NCBI RefSeq assembly: GCF_902713615.1
Contig: NW_024055453.1
Coordinates: 186,001 to 250,000, forward strand
From: Scyliorhinus canicula
Taxonomy: Eukaryota
Direction of reading: 5' to 3'
DNA: 64,000 bases
Positions 25,405 to 38,799 of this stretch are shown here, piece by piece (the first letter of the stretch is position 1; every line of letters starts with the position of its first letter). Both the position numbers and the translations under genes were made by a program. The notes below the pieces were generated by a model. That model did not search any database. It was not told where the DNA came from and saw only the letters and a program-made list of their open reading frames with translations.

Positions 25405-26000
25405 TGTGGAGAGAAACCGGAAGTGACGGCCAGTGAGAGTGGAAAATGTTCATTGTTCGGCTCTGGGGCCGCACTGGGGATTTGTAAACCCCGCCCCCCG
25501 ACACTGACCTCTCACCTGACGCCTCACAATGCGCCAGCAATGATTGACAGTATCGCCCGACGAATAGGAATAGAGTGGGCGGACCGGGAGTGACTGATCC
25601 TCCAGCCAATCGGAGTGAATCAGGGGCGGGACTGGGCCGAGTGAAGCATGCGCAGTGTGATTAATGGCGGCGCGGAAAAGGTTCTTTCTCGGATCCACAA
25701 TCCATGAAAGTGGGAATGGCGGGACGGAGGGAGATCTGGATCATGCGGGTTGTTAGGCACGCTTCGTAAACATGTTATATAAACCGAACATCTGACAAAA
25801 TAACCTACCGCTACCTGAGGATCTGAGCGGAGATTGCAGACGAGACTATGCGGCCACCATCTTTAGTTGGAGTCGTACGCATGCGCCCTCGGTATCATAA
25901 TTTGGATCACTAGCGGCAGTGCGCACGCGCACCCACCATCTTTATTGGGGCACGAGCAGCAGAGCGCATGCTCAGTCGCCATCATTGTTGGGGGCAACAT
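25405..26000. promoter_or_regulatory. CpG-rich promoter-like module (copy 1)
   Basis: ETS CCGGAAGTGAC (~25417), CCAAT plus GC box (ccaatcggagtgaatcaggggcggga, ~25606), GCATGCGC NRF1-like sites and several ccatctt YY1-like cores. Confidence 0.6.
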
Positions 26001-26341
26001 TTTTAAAATGTGTTTTCATGACAGAATGTCCAGCAAACTTTTCACTTTGAGTTACAGATTCTTATTTATGGGGCAGAATATATGTCGAGGGCAATGACAA
26101 TAATTCGAATTTATATTGTGACTTGAACAGAATACAACTTTTAAGACTTTCAGAGAAACGTTACAAAATAACAATTGACATTGAGCCACATGAGATATTA
26201 GATTTTAAGGAGAATCTTCATGGAGGAAATTGAGTCAGAGAGTTTTAAGGAGGAAATTCCAGAAATTGAGGCCTTGTGGCAACTCAGTAATGGTGAGGAG
26301 ATTAAAATCAGGAATTCTCAAGTGGCTGGAATTAAATAGAC

Positions 26342-26695
26342 ATAGACATAGAACAGTACAGCACAGAACAGGCCCTTCGGCCCTCGATGTTGTGCCGAGC
26401 AATGATCACCCTACTCAAACCCATGTATCCACCCTATACCCGTAACCCAAAACCGCCCCGCCCCCCCCCCCCCCCCCCCCCCCCCCTCGTAACCTTACTT
26501 TTTAGGACACTACGGGCAATTTTAGCATGGCCAATCCACCTAACCCGCACATCTTTGGACTGTGGGAGGAAACCGGAGCACCCGGAGGAAACCCACGCAC
26601 ACACGGGAGGACGTGCAGACTCCGCACAGACAGTGACCCACCCGGGAACCGAACCTGGGACCCTGGAGCTGTGAAGCATTTATGCTAACCAATGC
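26342..26695 (-). mobile_element. tRNA-derived SINE (duplicated at 28634-28990)
   Basis: Reverse-complement SINE core with a long C-run; the same subfamily occurs at 41745-42076. Confidence 0.88.
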
Positions 26696-26899
26696 TAATA
26701 AGTGCAGAGATCTCAAAGGGGTGTGTGTGGAGGAGATTACAGTGATCAGGATGATCACTACCATGGAAGAAAAGAAGAATGAGAAATTTAAACTTTTTGT
26801 GCCTTTTAAAAGGAAGCATTTCAGTGGATCAGTGGGCATAGGGGCTGATGTGAGTAAGCACATGGGTAGCAGAGTTTGGGATGGGATGGAGGGGGGTTT

Positions 26900-27345
26900 A
26901 ATGTTGGAGTCCGGCTGCGAGTGCATTGTAATAATTTGGTTGAGAGGTTACAGAAGAATGGATGATGATTATTGCAGCAGATGAACAGAGACTAAGGTGG
27001 ATTAGAGCTATGTTCCTGAGGTGGAAATCGGCAATCTTGGTGATGATGTGGATCTGTAGTCAAGAGCTCATCTAGGGGTGAAATATTTCACAGGGTTATG
27101 AACAGTCTGCTTTAGCCTCAGACATTTGACAGGAATGGAATTGGTAACGAGGGAGTGGAGTTTGTAGAGGGGATGAAAGGGAATGGGTTCAGTCTTCTCA
27201 ATATTTAAATGGAGGAAAGTTCTGCTCATCCAGCACTGGATGTCGGACAAGATCGGATAGTGTGTGTCTTGGAAGGGAACTTGCAGGTGGTGATGTTCAC
27301 ATACATCTGCTGTCCTGGTCCATCCAGGTGGTGGAGGTTAAGGGT
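26900..27345 (-). mobile_element. L2 LINE fragment (duplicated at ~29200-29645)
   Basis: Minus-strand WMSRTFLHLNIEKTE and catacatctg (YAD-like) region of the L2 RT. Confidence 0.6.
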
Positions 27346-27592
27346 TTCGGAGATTCTGTCAAATTGTGATTCAGTTGTTGGTCCATTGCTTCCTGTTACC
27401 CCCACTCCGTTCTCACTCTCTCTCCCTTTTCATCAAACTTTTAGATTCTCTCTCTCTCTCACTCACTCTCTTTCTCTTTCACTCTGTTTCTCACATAGAA
27501 TTCTCTAGCCCAGAGGGTTGTGGATGTTAATAATAATCATTATTGTCACAAGTAGGCTTACATTAAACACTGCAATGAAGTTACTGTGACCA

Positions 27593-27692
27593 NNNNNNNN
27601 NNNNNNNNNNNNNNNNNNNNNNNNNNNNNNNNNNNNNNNNNNNNNNNNNNNNNNNNNNNNNNNNNNNNNNNNNNNNNNNNNNNNNNNNNNNN
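27593..27692. other. Assembly gap (100 N)
   Basis: Run of exactly 100 N. Confidence 1.
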
Positions 27693-30339
27693 TTGTTTTG
27701 TGGAGAGAAACCGGAAGTGACGGCCAGTGAGAGTGGAAAATGTTCATTGTTCGGCTCTGGGGCCGCACTGGGGATTTGTAAACCCCGCCCCCCGACACTG
27801 ACCTCTCACCTGACGCCTCACAATGCGCCAGCAATGATTGACAGTATCGCCCGACGAATAGGAATAGAGTGGGCGGACCGGGAGTGACTGATCCTCCAGC
27901 CAATCGGAGTGAATCAGGGGCGGGACTGGGCCGAGTGAAGCATGCGCAGTGTGATTAATGGCGGCGCGGAAAAGGTTCTTTCTCGGATCCACAATCCATG
28001 AAAGTGGGAATGGCGGGACGGAGGGAGATCTGGATCATGCGGGTTGTTAGGCACGCTTCGTAAACATGTTATATAAACCGAACATCTGACAAAATAACCT
28101 ACCGCTACCTGAGGATCTGAGCGGAGATTGCAGACGAGACTATGCGGCCACCATCTTTGTTGGAGTCGTACGCATGCGCCCTCGGTATCATAATTTGGAT
28201 CACTAGCGGCAGTGCGCACGCGCACCCACCATCTTTATTGGGGCACGAGCAGCAGAGCGCATGCTCAGTCGCCATCATTGTTGGGGGCAACATTTTTAAA
28301 ATGTGTTTTCATGACAGAATGTCCAGCAAACTTTCACTTTGAGTTACAGATTCTTATTTATGGGGCAGAATATATGTCGAGGGCAATGACAATAATTCGA
28401 ATTTATATTGTGACTTGAACAGAATACAACTTTTAAGACTTTCAGAGAAACGTTACAAAATAACAATTGACATTGAGCCACATGAGATATTAGATTTTAA
28501 GGAGAATCTTCATGGAGGAAATTGAGTCAGAGAGTTTTAAGGAGGAAATTCCAGAAATGGAGGCCTTGTGGCAACTCAGTAATGGTGAGGAGATTAAAAT
28601 CAGGAATTCTCAAGTGGCTGGAATTAAATAGACATAGACATAGAACAGTACAGCACAGAACAGGCCCTTCGGCCCTCGATGTTGTGCCGAGCAATGAATC
28701 ACCCTACTCAAACCCATGTATCCACCCTATACCCGTAACCCAAAACCGCCCCGCACCCCCCCCCCCCCACCCCACCCCCCACCCCCCCTCGTAACCTTAC
28801 TTTTAGGACACTACGGGCAATTTTAGCATGGCCAATCCACCTAACCCGCACATCTTTGGACTGTGGGAGGAAACCGGAGCACCCGGGAGGAAACCCACGC
28901 ACACACGGGAGGACGTGCAGACTCCGCACAGACAGTGACCCACCCGGGAACCGAACCTGGGACCCTGGAGCTGTGAAGCATTTATGCTAACCAATGCTAA
29001 TAAGTGCAGAGATCTCAAAGGGGTGTGTGTGGAGGAGATTACAGTGATCAGGATGATCACTACCATGGAGGAAAAGAAGAATGAGAAATTTAAACTTTTT
29101 GTGCCTTTTAAAAGGAAGCATTTCAGTGGATCAGTGGGCATAGGGGCTGATGTGAGTAAGCACATGGGTAGCAGAGTTTGGGATGGGATGGAGGGGGGTT
29201 TAATGTTGGAGTCCGGCTGCGAGTGCATTGTAATAATTTGGTTGAGAGGTTACAGAAGAATGGATGATGATTATTGCAGCAGATGAACAGAGACTAAGGT
29301 GGATTAGAGCTATGTTCCTGAGGTGGAAATCGGCAATCTTGGTGATGATGTGGATCTGTAGTCAAGAGCTCATCTAGGGGTGAAATATTTCACAGGGTTA
29401 TGAACAGTCTGCTTTAGCCTCAGACATTTGACAGGAATGGAATTGGTAACGAGGGAGTGGAGTTTGTAGAGGGGATGAAAGGGAAGGGTTCAGTCTTCTC
29501 AATATTTAAATGGAGGAAAGTTCTGCTCATCCAGCACTGGATGTCGGACAAGATCGGATAGTGTGTGTCTTGGAAGGGAACTTGCAGGTGGTGATGTTCA
29601 CATACATCTGCTGTCCTGGTCCATCCAGGTGGTGGAGGTTAAGGGTTTCGGAGATTCTGTCAAATTGTGATTCAGTTGTTGGTCCATTGCTTCCTGTTAC
29701 CCCCACTCCGTTCTCACTCTCTCTCCCTTTTCATCAAACTTTTAGATTCTCTCTCTCTCTCACTCACTCTCTTTCTCTTTCACTCTGTTTCTCACATAGA
29801 ATTCTCTAGCCCAGAGGGTTGTGGATGTTAATAATAATCATTATTGTCACAAGTAGGCTTACATTAACACTGCAATGAAGTTACTGTGACCATCATTGAA
29901 CATATATAAGGCTGAGATGGTGAGATTTTGGTCTCTCAGGAAGTCAAGGACACAAAGAGCTAACGGGAAAGTGGAATTGAAGTCCGAGATCAGCCACAAT
30001 CGTGTTCAATGGCAGACCAGGTTTGACGGGCCGAAAGGTCTACTTGTGCTCCTATTTCTTGTGTTCTTGCAGAGGCCCAAGTCTTGTGTGGGTTCAGGCC
30101 GGGTGGCAGGTTCCCTTCCCTGAAGGACATTAACAAACTAGTTCACTTTTCACAAAAGGTTCAATAAGTTTTCGCAGTCACTTTTTCCCCAGAGCCGGCC
30201 CCACAAATTACCAGATTCATTCAGCTCAATTTCACAAGCAGCCTTTGTGTTTTTGTGGGTTCTCTCTCATTCCCTTTTTTCTGTTTTAAATCAATTTCAC
30301 AGGGTATTAGCAGGGAAGGATGTGCAATTGGGAAACTCC

Positions 30340-30752
30340 AAGCAAGCACCACATCAAAATCTGACAGTCGTGTAACTGATCGGAACCCGAATATCATCAG
30401 ATTTTGAACATGGAAGGAAAAAGCACAGTTCACAGTGGGGACAAACCGTACACATGTTCTGTGTGTGGACGAAGCTTTAGCCGATCATCTGGCCTGTCAA
30501 AACACAAGCGCAGTCACAGCAGGGAGAAACCATGGAAATGTGGAGACTGTGGCAAGGCGTTCAATTACCCATCTGACCTGGCAACCCAGGTGCTTCGACT
30601 GTGGTTCTGGGTTCAGACGATCGTCTCAACTCACTCTACAGCAGCGGATTCACACTGAGGAGAGACCACTCACCTGCTCCCAGTGTGGAAACGGATTCAT
30701 TCATTCAGGCAACCTGCTGAGACACCAGCGGGTTCACAAGTACCTGCTGTGA
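30340..30752 (+). pseudogene. C2H2 zinc-finger pseudogene with internal deletion (ZNF-F)
   Basis: [51 protein letters not shown], then frameshift to [14 protein letters not shown]...[22 protein letters not shown]; leader is an inverted paralogue of ZNF-D at 19450-19710. Confidence 0.8.
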
Positions 30753-31164
30753 TTGGATTTTGCTGGTAATCACATCCAGGACTGAACCATGTTTATCGGA
30801 CCCGGGTTTGACTCATTTATAAACGCTAATCCAGCTATAAGGGATAATATTCTGGATAAAAGTCAATTATTTAACACAAGTGTGTTTCGAATCTTTTAAC
30901 ATCCCATCACTAGTTTATTCCATTTGAAGGTCTCTCCATCTCCCCGTCTCCTCCATCCTCACCTCAAGTGTGTGGAGTTCATGAAGTTTCTTTCTCACTA
31001 TGATTGAGATAATCTGATCAGCTGCCCCTGGTGCTTTCCTCTCTTCCACTGGGCCAAACTGTCTCTAAAATTCCACCTGGTCAGAGCTCTGAACTCATCT
31101 TTCTCCATTTTCTCTCCGACCCTCTATCTTCCTCAGAACTCATCTTGTCCATTAGACCTGCCTC

Positions 31165-31405
31165 CTGCGCCAGGGACCTGAGTTTGGTTCCGGCTTGGGT
31201 CAGTGTCTGCGGAGTCTGCACGTTCTCCCCTGTGTGGGTTTCCTCCGGGTGCTCCTGTTTCCTCCCACAAGGTTGGGTGAATTGGACATTCTGAATTCTC
31301 CCTCTGTGTACCTGAACAGGCGCCGGAATGTGGCGACTAGGGGATTTTCAGAGTAACTTCATTGCAGTGTTAATGTAAACCTACTTGTGACAATAATAAA
31401 GATTG
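31165..31405 (+). mobile_element. SINE (hybrid core plus second-family tail)
   Basis: SINE core followed by gtgtacctgaacaggcgccggaatgtggcgactaggg...gacaataataaagatt. Confidence 0.75.
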
Positions 31406-31529
31406 TTTGATTATTATTTAACCAGATTCTTACAAAACTGCTGACTATTCAACTTCTCCATGTTGTGTGATATTGTTAATAGTTCTGTCTCTTGGTCCCA
31501 TCATCATTGCAAACTACCACATTAAAACC

Positions 31530-32250
31530 TCCCTTTCCTCACCAAAGTCCGTGTACTCGGTGTTCCCCAAGGATCCATCCTCAGCCCCTCCTATTTCCCA
31601 TCTATACGCTGCCACAATGGTGACATCATCCAAAAGCACCGTGTTAGTTTTCACATGTATACTGACAACATCCAGCTCTACCTCACCCCCATCCCTCTCC
31701 ATTCCTCCAGTTACTAAATTATCAAACTGCTTATCCCACACCCAGTACTGAATGAGCAGAAATTTCCTCCAAATAAAAATTAGGAAGGCCACAACCATTG
31801 TCTTCAGTCACCATTAGAAATTCCGTTCCCTAACTCCCGAGTCATCCCTCTCCCTGGGAACTGTCTCAGGCTGAACCACACTCTGCACAATCTCCGGGTC
31901 AGATGTGACCCCAAGATGAGTTTCTGACCCCATATCCACACCATCACTAATACCAGATATTTCAATCTCCAGAATGTCCTGTCTTCCCCCCCCCCACTCC
32001 AGCTCATCTGCTGCTGAAACCCACACCCATACCCCTGTTATCTTTAGACATGATTCCAACACATTCCTGTCCAGCCTCTCCCATTCACCCCACACGGAAA
32101 CGTGAGATCATCCAAAACTCTGCTGGCCGTGTGCTTTCTCACACCAAGTCCTGTTCACCCATCACCGCTGTGCTCACTGATTGACACTGGCTCTGATTAA
32201 GCAATGCCTCCATTATAAAATTTGCATTCATGTTGTCAAATCCCTCCATG
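31530..32250 (+). mobile_element. L2 LINE RT/3' fragment
   Basis: GVPQGSILSPLLFPIY...FHMYTDNIQLYL frame (ggtgttccccaaggatccatcctcagcccc...). Confidence 0.75.
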
Positions 32251-32520
32251 GCCATGAACACTGTCAGCCTTTAACCATGGAAGCAAAGAGCCCTGTTCAA
32301 TGTGGGGAGAAACAGGTCACTTGTTATGAATGTGGATGATGTTTTACCGATGATCTGACCTTTCAAACAATATGTAGTCACGCTGGGAGAAGCTTTGGAA
32401 ATCCTGGGATTGTGGAATAGATTTAATCAGACCTGGAAATTAATTGGTATTCACACTGAGGAGTAGCTGTTAATGTTCTCCGTGTGTGGGAAGAGATTCA
32501 CTCAGCTAATCAGTCTCACT
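32250..32520 (+). pseudogene. Heavily decayed zinc-finger remnant (ZNF-G)
   Basis: Broken finger and linker sequence (ggggagaaac...gaatgtggatga..., tgtgtgggaagagattcactcag). Confidence 0.5.
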
Positions 32521-32964
32521 TCATCTTAGTCAATCTGTACGGGACTGTTGCCAAGTGCAATCTATCTTTTCTGAGGTTAGGTGGCCAGTACGGAACACAG
32601 TTCATGCAGTAAGTGAGGAAAAGGCAGCAGGAATTTCTCTAATCAGTGATTTACAAGGACACATTCTTGGTTCCCAGCAGTTACTTTTCTTCATAATTTC
32701 CTCATTCTCCCTAAGCTACCCTGCCTGTTAATTCTGATAGTAACACTATTGTCGCTATAAACATCACACATTAGAATTCAATCTGTTCCAAGGGCAGCGC
32801 GGTGGCACACTGGTTAGCTCTGCTGCTTATGCACTGAAGACCCAGTTTGATCCCAGCTCTGGGTCACTGTCTGTGTGCATTTTCCGATTCTCCCCATGTC
32901 TGCGTGGGTTTCACCCCCACAACTCAAAGGTGTGCAGGGTAGCTGAATCGGCGATAATTTTGTG

Positions 32965-33190
32965 GAATGGAATGTCTGATCAGAGTTTCCATGGTGACCT
33001 GTCTGCAGTGAAGGAATGTCTGATCAGCGTTTCCATGGTGACCGGTCTGCAGTGAAGGAATGTCTGATCAACGTTTCCACGGTGACCTGTCTACAGTGAA
33101 GGAATGTCTTATCAGCGTTTCCATGGTGACCGGTCTGCAGTGCAGGAATATCTGATCAGTGTTTCCATGGTGACCTGTCTGCAGTGAAGC
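32965..33190. repeat. 44-bp tandem repeat, ~5 copies
   Basis: Unit aaggaatgtctgatcagcgtttccatggtgacctgtctgcagtg; period 44 (33011 to 33055). Confidence 0.9.
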
Positions 33191-33639
33191 GCCTGCTTGA
33201 GTTTCTAACTCGGACTAAACTTCTCTGTCCCATAACACACATTATATCAGACATTGGATGTCAATATATTTCAGCCATGTTTTGTTAATATCTCCAAAAC
33301 TCTAAAACGAGCTCAGATACACAAATGTTTCACTATAGGACAAGTTGATAAAGTGTTTCAAAAACACATGGGATCCAAGGTTTTTTAATAAGTGTGGAGT
33401 ACAAAAGGACAGAGGTCATATAAACCTGTCCAAATCATTTGTTAGGCTGCAGTTGGAATATTTGATCAGGTTTTGGGGATCTTACACCAGGAAGGATATC
33501 AAGGCCATGGAGAGGGTGTAGAAGAGATTCACTGAGCTGATCCCAGGGAAGAGAGGCTTTCTTTATCAGGACAGATTGGAGAAACTGGGGCTCTTTTCAT
33601 TCGAACAGAGGCTGACTGGAGATCAGAGGGAGGGGGGTT

Positions 33640-33910
33640 TGATTCCAGCCTTGGGTGATTGTGTAGAATTTGCACTTTCTCCCTGTGTCTGCGTGGGTTC
33701 CTTCCGGGTGCTCCAGTTTCCTCCCACGGTCCAAAAACGTGCAGCCTAGGTGGATTGGCCATTCTAAAAGATTTCCCCTGAGTGTCCAAAGGTTAGGTGG
33801 GTTTCTGGGGATAGGGTGGAGGAGTGGTCCTGAGTGGGGTGCCGCATTGGAGGGTCTGTGCAGACTCAATGGGCTGCATGGCTTCGTTCTGCACTTTACG
33901 GATTCTATGG
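33640..33910 (+). mobile_element. tRNA-derived SINE
   Basis: SINE core and gattctatg tail. Confidence 0.8.
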
Positions 33911-35344
33911 AACACAAAAAGGCTCATATGAAATATCAATCAGACTGTATAACAATGTTCAGGATTCTCACTGTCCCTCTGGGCCTGCGGGGGGGGGGGG
34001 GGGGGGGGAGGGGGGGGGGGAGTGGTTGGGGAGGGCAGTGGAGGAACCGGTGATGGTTTCTCTGATCTCTGAAAGAAATGTTATTTTTAAAGTGAAGGGT
34101 GTCTGTACTGGGGAATCCGAGTACCAAGTGCCGGCTTGAACCATTCTCCAATCAGTTACAGCACAGCTCCCTCTACATTGCCCCATGGAACACGCCCAAG
34201 GCTGATACAAAATGGTGTTAGATGCAGAGTAAATCTCCCTCGATGCTGTCCCCATCAAACATTCCCATGATCGGTATAGCACAAGGTTGGGTACAATGTA
34301 AATGGTCCTCTGCACTGTCCCCATCAAACAGTCCCAGAACAGGTACAGCATACCTTCTGGAAATCCAGATAAAGCACATCTACAGGTTACCCTTTGTTGA
34401 CATCCCTTGTTACTTCCTCAGAGAACCTTGCTAAATTAGTCAATCACAATTGATTCCCTGGATCCATTTTCAAACACTGTGTTAAAAGAAAATTCAAATC
34501 TCCTCTACCCCTCTGGCTCCGTTGCCAATTACCTTAGACGGACTCACTTTCTGTTAAAGAGCCTGTCAACCCCTCTCACCCACTTTCCTGAAAGTGAACA
34601 AATTTAATCTGGAAAAGTCCAACAAATTCAAATATTTTCTTTCTAAAAGTTTATTGATGAAATAGAACATGGTTAAAAAAACTAACAGAACATTACTTGA
34701 GGTTCAAAGACAACCAGAGTAACAGGATGTTCACAATGTTCTGCTCCAAATGGTTTCCCTTCAGCTCCTCTGTACCCTGTTCCCATGACTCCCCGCTTTG
34801 GACACGGGGGCACTGAACCCTGGGGGTCACATCACCATCAGCCTGGTCACCCCCCCTCGCCCCTGAACCCTGATTTGGTTGGATGTCCAGTTCCCAGTCA
34901 GTCCCCCAGTCCCCGTTATTCTCAGCTAAATTCAGCCCTCAGCTCCATCACCTGGCTGTCAGTGACATGAGCAATAGAGACAGAAAGGTGCCCGAGGCTC
35001 AAATAGGAAGACAAAACTTGTGGATTTGGACCCCCATAAAGGTCAGTAACTTATTCGAAAAAAATCAAATTCCCAGTCAACAAATTAAAGGATCACACGG
35101 CGGGACTTCAAGTTTTATGATTTTAATGCAACATACAAACAAACTGGAAGCTACTTTAACTCGGAAACCTACACATTAAACTATAAACTAGAACTTTGCC
35201 CTTTTGCACAATCTAAAATCACACTCCACGATTATAGTTACTCTGCCCTATAAGTCGAAACTTAATTGTCTCAGAACCTGTAGTGATGATTCATTCCTGA
35301 GGATTTATGTCCTTTCTTCAACCAAGACACCGAGAAACAAAGGG

Positions 35345-35960
35345 AGAATAGAATAGAATGTGAACGAGCAAAATACATAAAAATGGACTGCAAAAGTTTC
35401 TATGGCTACGTAAAAAGGAAACGCTTGGCTCAGACAAAGGTTTGTCCATTCCAGATAGAGTCAGGAGAATTTAGAATGAGGAATAGAGAACTCTACAGCC
35501 ACCTCGTTCAACACTCTGGGATGTAGATCATCAGCTTTTGGGGATTTATTAACTTTCAAGCCCATTAATTTCTCCAGTACTACTTTTTCACCAATACTAA
35601 TCTCTGCCAGTCCCTTGGTTCTCTGGTGTTTTGGGGACAATTTCTGTATCTTCCTCTGTGGAGTCAGACACACATTGTTTAGTTTCTCTGCCATTTCCTT
35701 ACTCCCCATTATAAACTCTCCTGTCTCTGCCTGGAATGGACCCACATTGGTCTTTGCTAATCTTTTCCTTTTCACATTCCTGTCGAAGCTTTTCCACTCG
35801 GTTTTCATGTTTCTCGCCAGTTTGCTCTCATCAGTTTCTTGGTCCTCCTTTGCTGAATTCTAATGGATCTCATGGAATCTTTTAACTTTTCTTGTTAGCC
35901 ACGGTTACATCACTTTTCCTGTTGGATTTTTGTTCCTTAAAGGAATATTTGTTGTATGTG
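35345..35960. mobile_element. CR1 fragments in opposite orientations
   Basis: Minus-strand KRKRLAKTNVGPFQAETGEFIMGSKEMAEKLN; plus-strand tacgtaaaaaggaaacgcttggctcagacaaag...gagtcaggagaattt is an inverted copy of the same region. Confidence 0.7.
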
Positions 35961-36651
35961 AGATAAAAGTCCAAAAATCCCAGAGGACCATAGATTGCTC
36001 TCCCCTTTGACAGAGAGAGAGCTGACTGGAGGTGATTTAACCGGAGGGTCAGCACACCTCAGGCATGGTGTCTGGCTGAGAAGGTGGGGCCTTCATGAAT
36101 AAACTCAGCCAGTATGGGAGTTGAAGCCCCACTGTTGGCCTTGAACCAGCCGTCCAGCCAACTGAGCTAACCGATCCCTGTTAAATATGTAATAATTCCT
36201 TAACCATTAGGTATTCCCTGTACCAATCAGTTTCCCAGTCCATCTCAGACAACTTGCCCCTCATACCCGGATAGTTTAATTCTGTGAGGACATCCAGATA
36301 AATTAAACAAAAGAACCATGTAACCACCAGGGCCCATCTCCATGGCAATATGGTTTTGGGGTGAGGGGGGGGGGGTTCAAAACAGAAATGGAAACTAAAT
36401 ATCTTCAAACTTCCAAACACCCTTTCACTCTGTGATCCTTGTGCAATTTGAAGCCAGGTATTAGCAACAAAGCTCAAAGAGCATCAGCCGACTGGAGGCA
36501 AAGTGGTGAGACCGGCCAGTCCAGCAGAAAGAAACCTTCCGACCATCCCCACTGACCACCTGTCAGAATGAACAAAATGCAGTCCTGGGTGTAGAGCAGA
36601 AACAATAACAGCAGAATCCAACTCCTGTAATCGATTGTGAAATTGTTGGTG

Positions 36652-37722
36652 TCACAGCAGGTGTGATGAAACATGCAAACCCGTCTCACATTGTGGGGTG
36701 GACAGCGTCTCCCCAGTGTGAACTCGCTGGTGTGTCCGCAGGCTGGATAAATGAGTAAATCCTTTCCCACACTGGGAGCAGGTGAATGGCCTCTCCCCAG
36801 TGTGAACTCGCTGGTGTGTCTGCAGGTGAGATAACTGAGTGAATCCCTTCCCACACGGAGAGCAGGTGAATGGCCTCTCCCCAGTGTGAACTCGCTGATG
36901 TCTCCGCAGGGTGGATAACTGAGTAAATCCCTTCCCACACTGGGAGCAGGTGAATGGCTTCTCCCCAGTGTGAACTCGCTGATGTCTCCGCAGGGTGGAT
37001 AACTGAGTAAATCCTTTCCCACACTGAGAGCAGGTGAATGGCCTCTCCCCAGTGTGAGCTCGTTGGTGTATCTGCAGGTTGAATAAATTACTGAATCCCT
37101 TCCCACACTGAGAGCAGGTGAACGGTCTCTCCCCAGTGTGAACTCGCTGGTGTGACTGCAGGTTGGATAACTGAGTGAATCCCTTCCCGCACTGAGAGCA
37201 GGTGAATGGCTTCTCCCCAGCGTGAACTCGCTGATGCTTCCACAGGCCGGATGAATCACCGAATCTCTTCCCACACTGAGAGCAAGTGAACGGCCTCTCC
37301 CCAGTGTGAACTCGCTGGTGTGTCTGCAGGTTGAATAAATTACTGAATCCCTTCCCACACTGAGAGCAGGTGAACGGTCTCTCCCCAGTGTGAACTCGCT
37401 GGTGTGACTGCAGGTTGGATAACTGACTGAATCCCTTCCCACACTGGGAGCAGGTGAACGCCCTCTCCCCAGTGTGAACTCGCTGATGTTTCCACAGGCC
37501 GGATGAATCACCGAATCTCTTCCCACACTGAGAGCAAGTGAACGGCCTCTCCCCAGTGTGAACTCGCTGGTGTGTCTGCAGGCTGGATAACTGAGTGAAT
37601 CCCTTCCCACACCGAGAGCAGGTGAACGGCCTCTCCCCAGTGTGACTGCGTATATGGATCTCCACCTGAGATGGGGCTTGGAATCCCTTCCCACAGTCCT
37701 CACATTTCCACGGTTTCTTCAT
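36652..37722 (-). CDS. C2H2 zinc-finger protein, 12 tandem fingers (ZNF-H)
   Basis: 356-aa ORF MKKPWKC... with twelve intact fingers and a degenerate 13th; upstream fingers carry in-frame stops; exon acceptor near 38086. Confidence 0.88.
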   Translation of the reverse strand: MKKPWKCEDCGKGFQAPSQVEIHIRSHTGERPFTCSRCGKGFTQLSSLQTHQRVHTGERPFTCSQCGKRFGDSSGLWKHQRVHTGERAFTCSQCGKGFSQLSNLQSHQRVHTGERPFTCSQCGKGFSNLFNLQTHQRVHTGERPFTCSQCGKRFGDSSGLWKHQRVHAGEKPFTCSQCGKGFTQLSNLQSHQRVHTGERPFTCSQCGKGFSNLFNLQIHQRAHTGERPFTCSQCGKGFTQLSTLRRHQRVHTGEKPFTCSQCGKGFTQLSTLRRHQRVHTGERPFTCSPCGKGFTQLSHLQTHQRVHTGERPFTCSQCGKGFTHLSSLRTHQRVHTGETLSTPQCETGLHVSSHLL

Positions 37723-37773
37723 GTTTTGGGTCTACTCGTGTCTCTCCAGGCCGGATGATCAGTTGAAGCCTCA

Positions 37774-37869
<96 letters not shown>

Positions 37870-38799
37870 TCACTGGAACACTCTCACTCGGGTGTGTGTT
37901 GTGTGGGTCTCGGTGCTTTTCCAGTCACACTGATGTTTAAAATCTTTAGCTGACAGTTCCAGTAAACATTTCACCTTCTTGATTCAAATGCCAATGATAT
38001 TCAGGTTCTAAGGAATCGAGTGACTATCAGATCGAGACGTGACTTTTGAGATTTCTGTCTGTAATTCCTCCTTGTCCAATATCCTGTAAAAACAATTTAC
38101 AAAATTCATCACTGTCAGTACAGGGTAGAAACAGACAATTCTAGTTTCTATGTCACATATTTTCCTTTCTCTTATTCCCCGAAAGCTGCAAATTTTCATC
38201 CCACACAGTCTCCCTCCATTCTCACTCTGCTGTATCTAATATTCACCCTCCCAATTCTCCTGAAGGTGCTGATTAATGTTGATTGATAGATCCAAACTCA
38301 CAGCTTCCTGCCCAGGAGATCATAACAAATATGAGCTGCAGTCAGCCATTCGGCCCATCAAGCCTGAACCATTCAATGGGATCATTGGCCGATCTACCTC
38401 AGCACCATTTTCCCCACACTATCCCCATGTCCCTTGACCTCTTGAATATCTAGAAACCTATCAGTCTGCGTCTTGAAAATACTTGATGACTAAATCTCCA
38501 GAATCCTCGGAGGTAGAGAATTCCAAACCTTCACCACATCCTCAAACAAAGAAATCCCTTCTCATCTCAGCTTTCTCTCCATTTACCTGCCAGTTCCCCA
38601 TAACCCTCAACACCCTCAATCAGAAATCTGCCTGTGGCTGTGGGTGGGGGGGGGGGTCAGGCATGTGATATGGGTGGGGGAGTAGCTGCCTTACCACAGG
38701 TTCTGGTGCCACTCGCCTATAATCTGACAGTTATCCTGATTGCCTGGCACTCATCTCCCTAATCCTTGAATTAATATTTGTTATCGTGTCCCTGGAAGA

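Larger units (their letters stand above)
25400..29892. repeat. ~2.2 kb direct duplication (25400-27592 / 27693-29892) flanking an assembly gap
   Basis: Near-identical sequence and identical ORF translations at ~2294 bp offset; differences are mainly homopolymer indels and a few substitutions. Confidence 0.9.

Noticed and set aside
25400-29892. 2.2 kb tandem duplication including a promoter module
   Set aside because: The copies abut a 100-N scaffold gap on both sides and differ mostly at homopolymers, typical of unmerged contig or haplotype overlap. Spanning reads would be needed to call it real.
33985-34020. Long G homopolymer (also C-runs at ~2967 and ~26455)
   Set aside because: Simple homopolymer expansions within TE copies, with length unreliable in assembly.
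36474-37703. 409-aa alternative-frame ORF overlapping ZNF-H (and similar ones over other ZNF genes)
   Set aside because: Shadow frames of 84-bp finger repeats ([14 protein letters not shown] pattern), a well-known by-product of ZNF codon usage.
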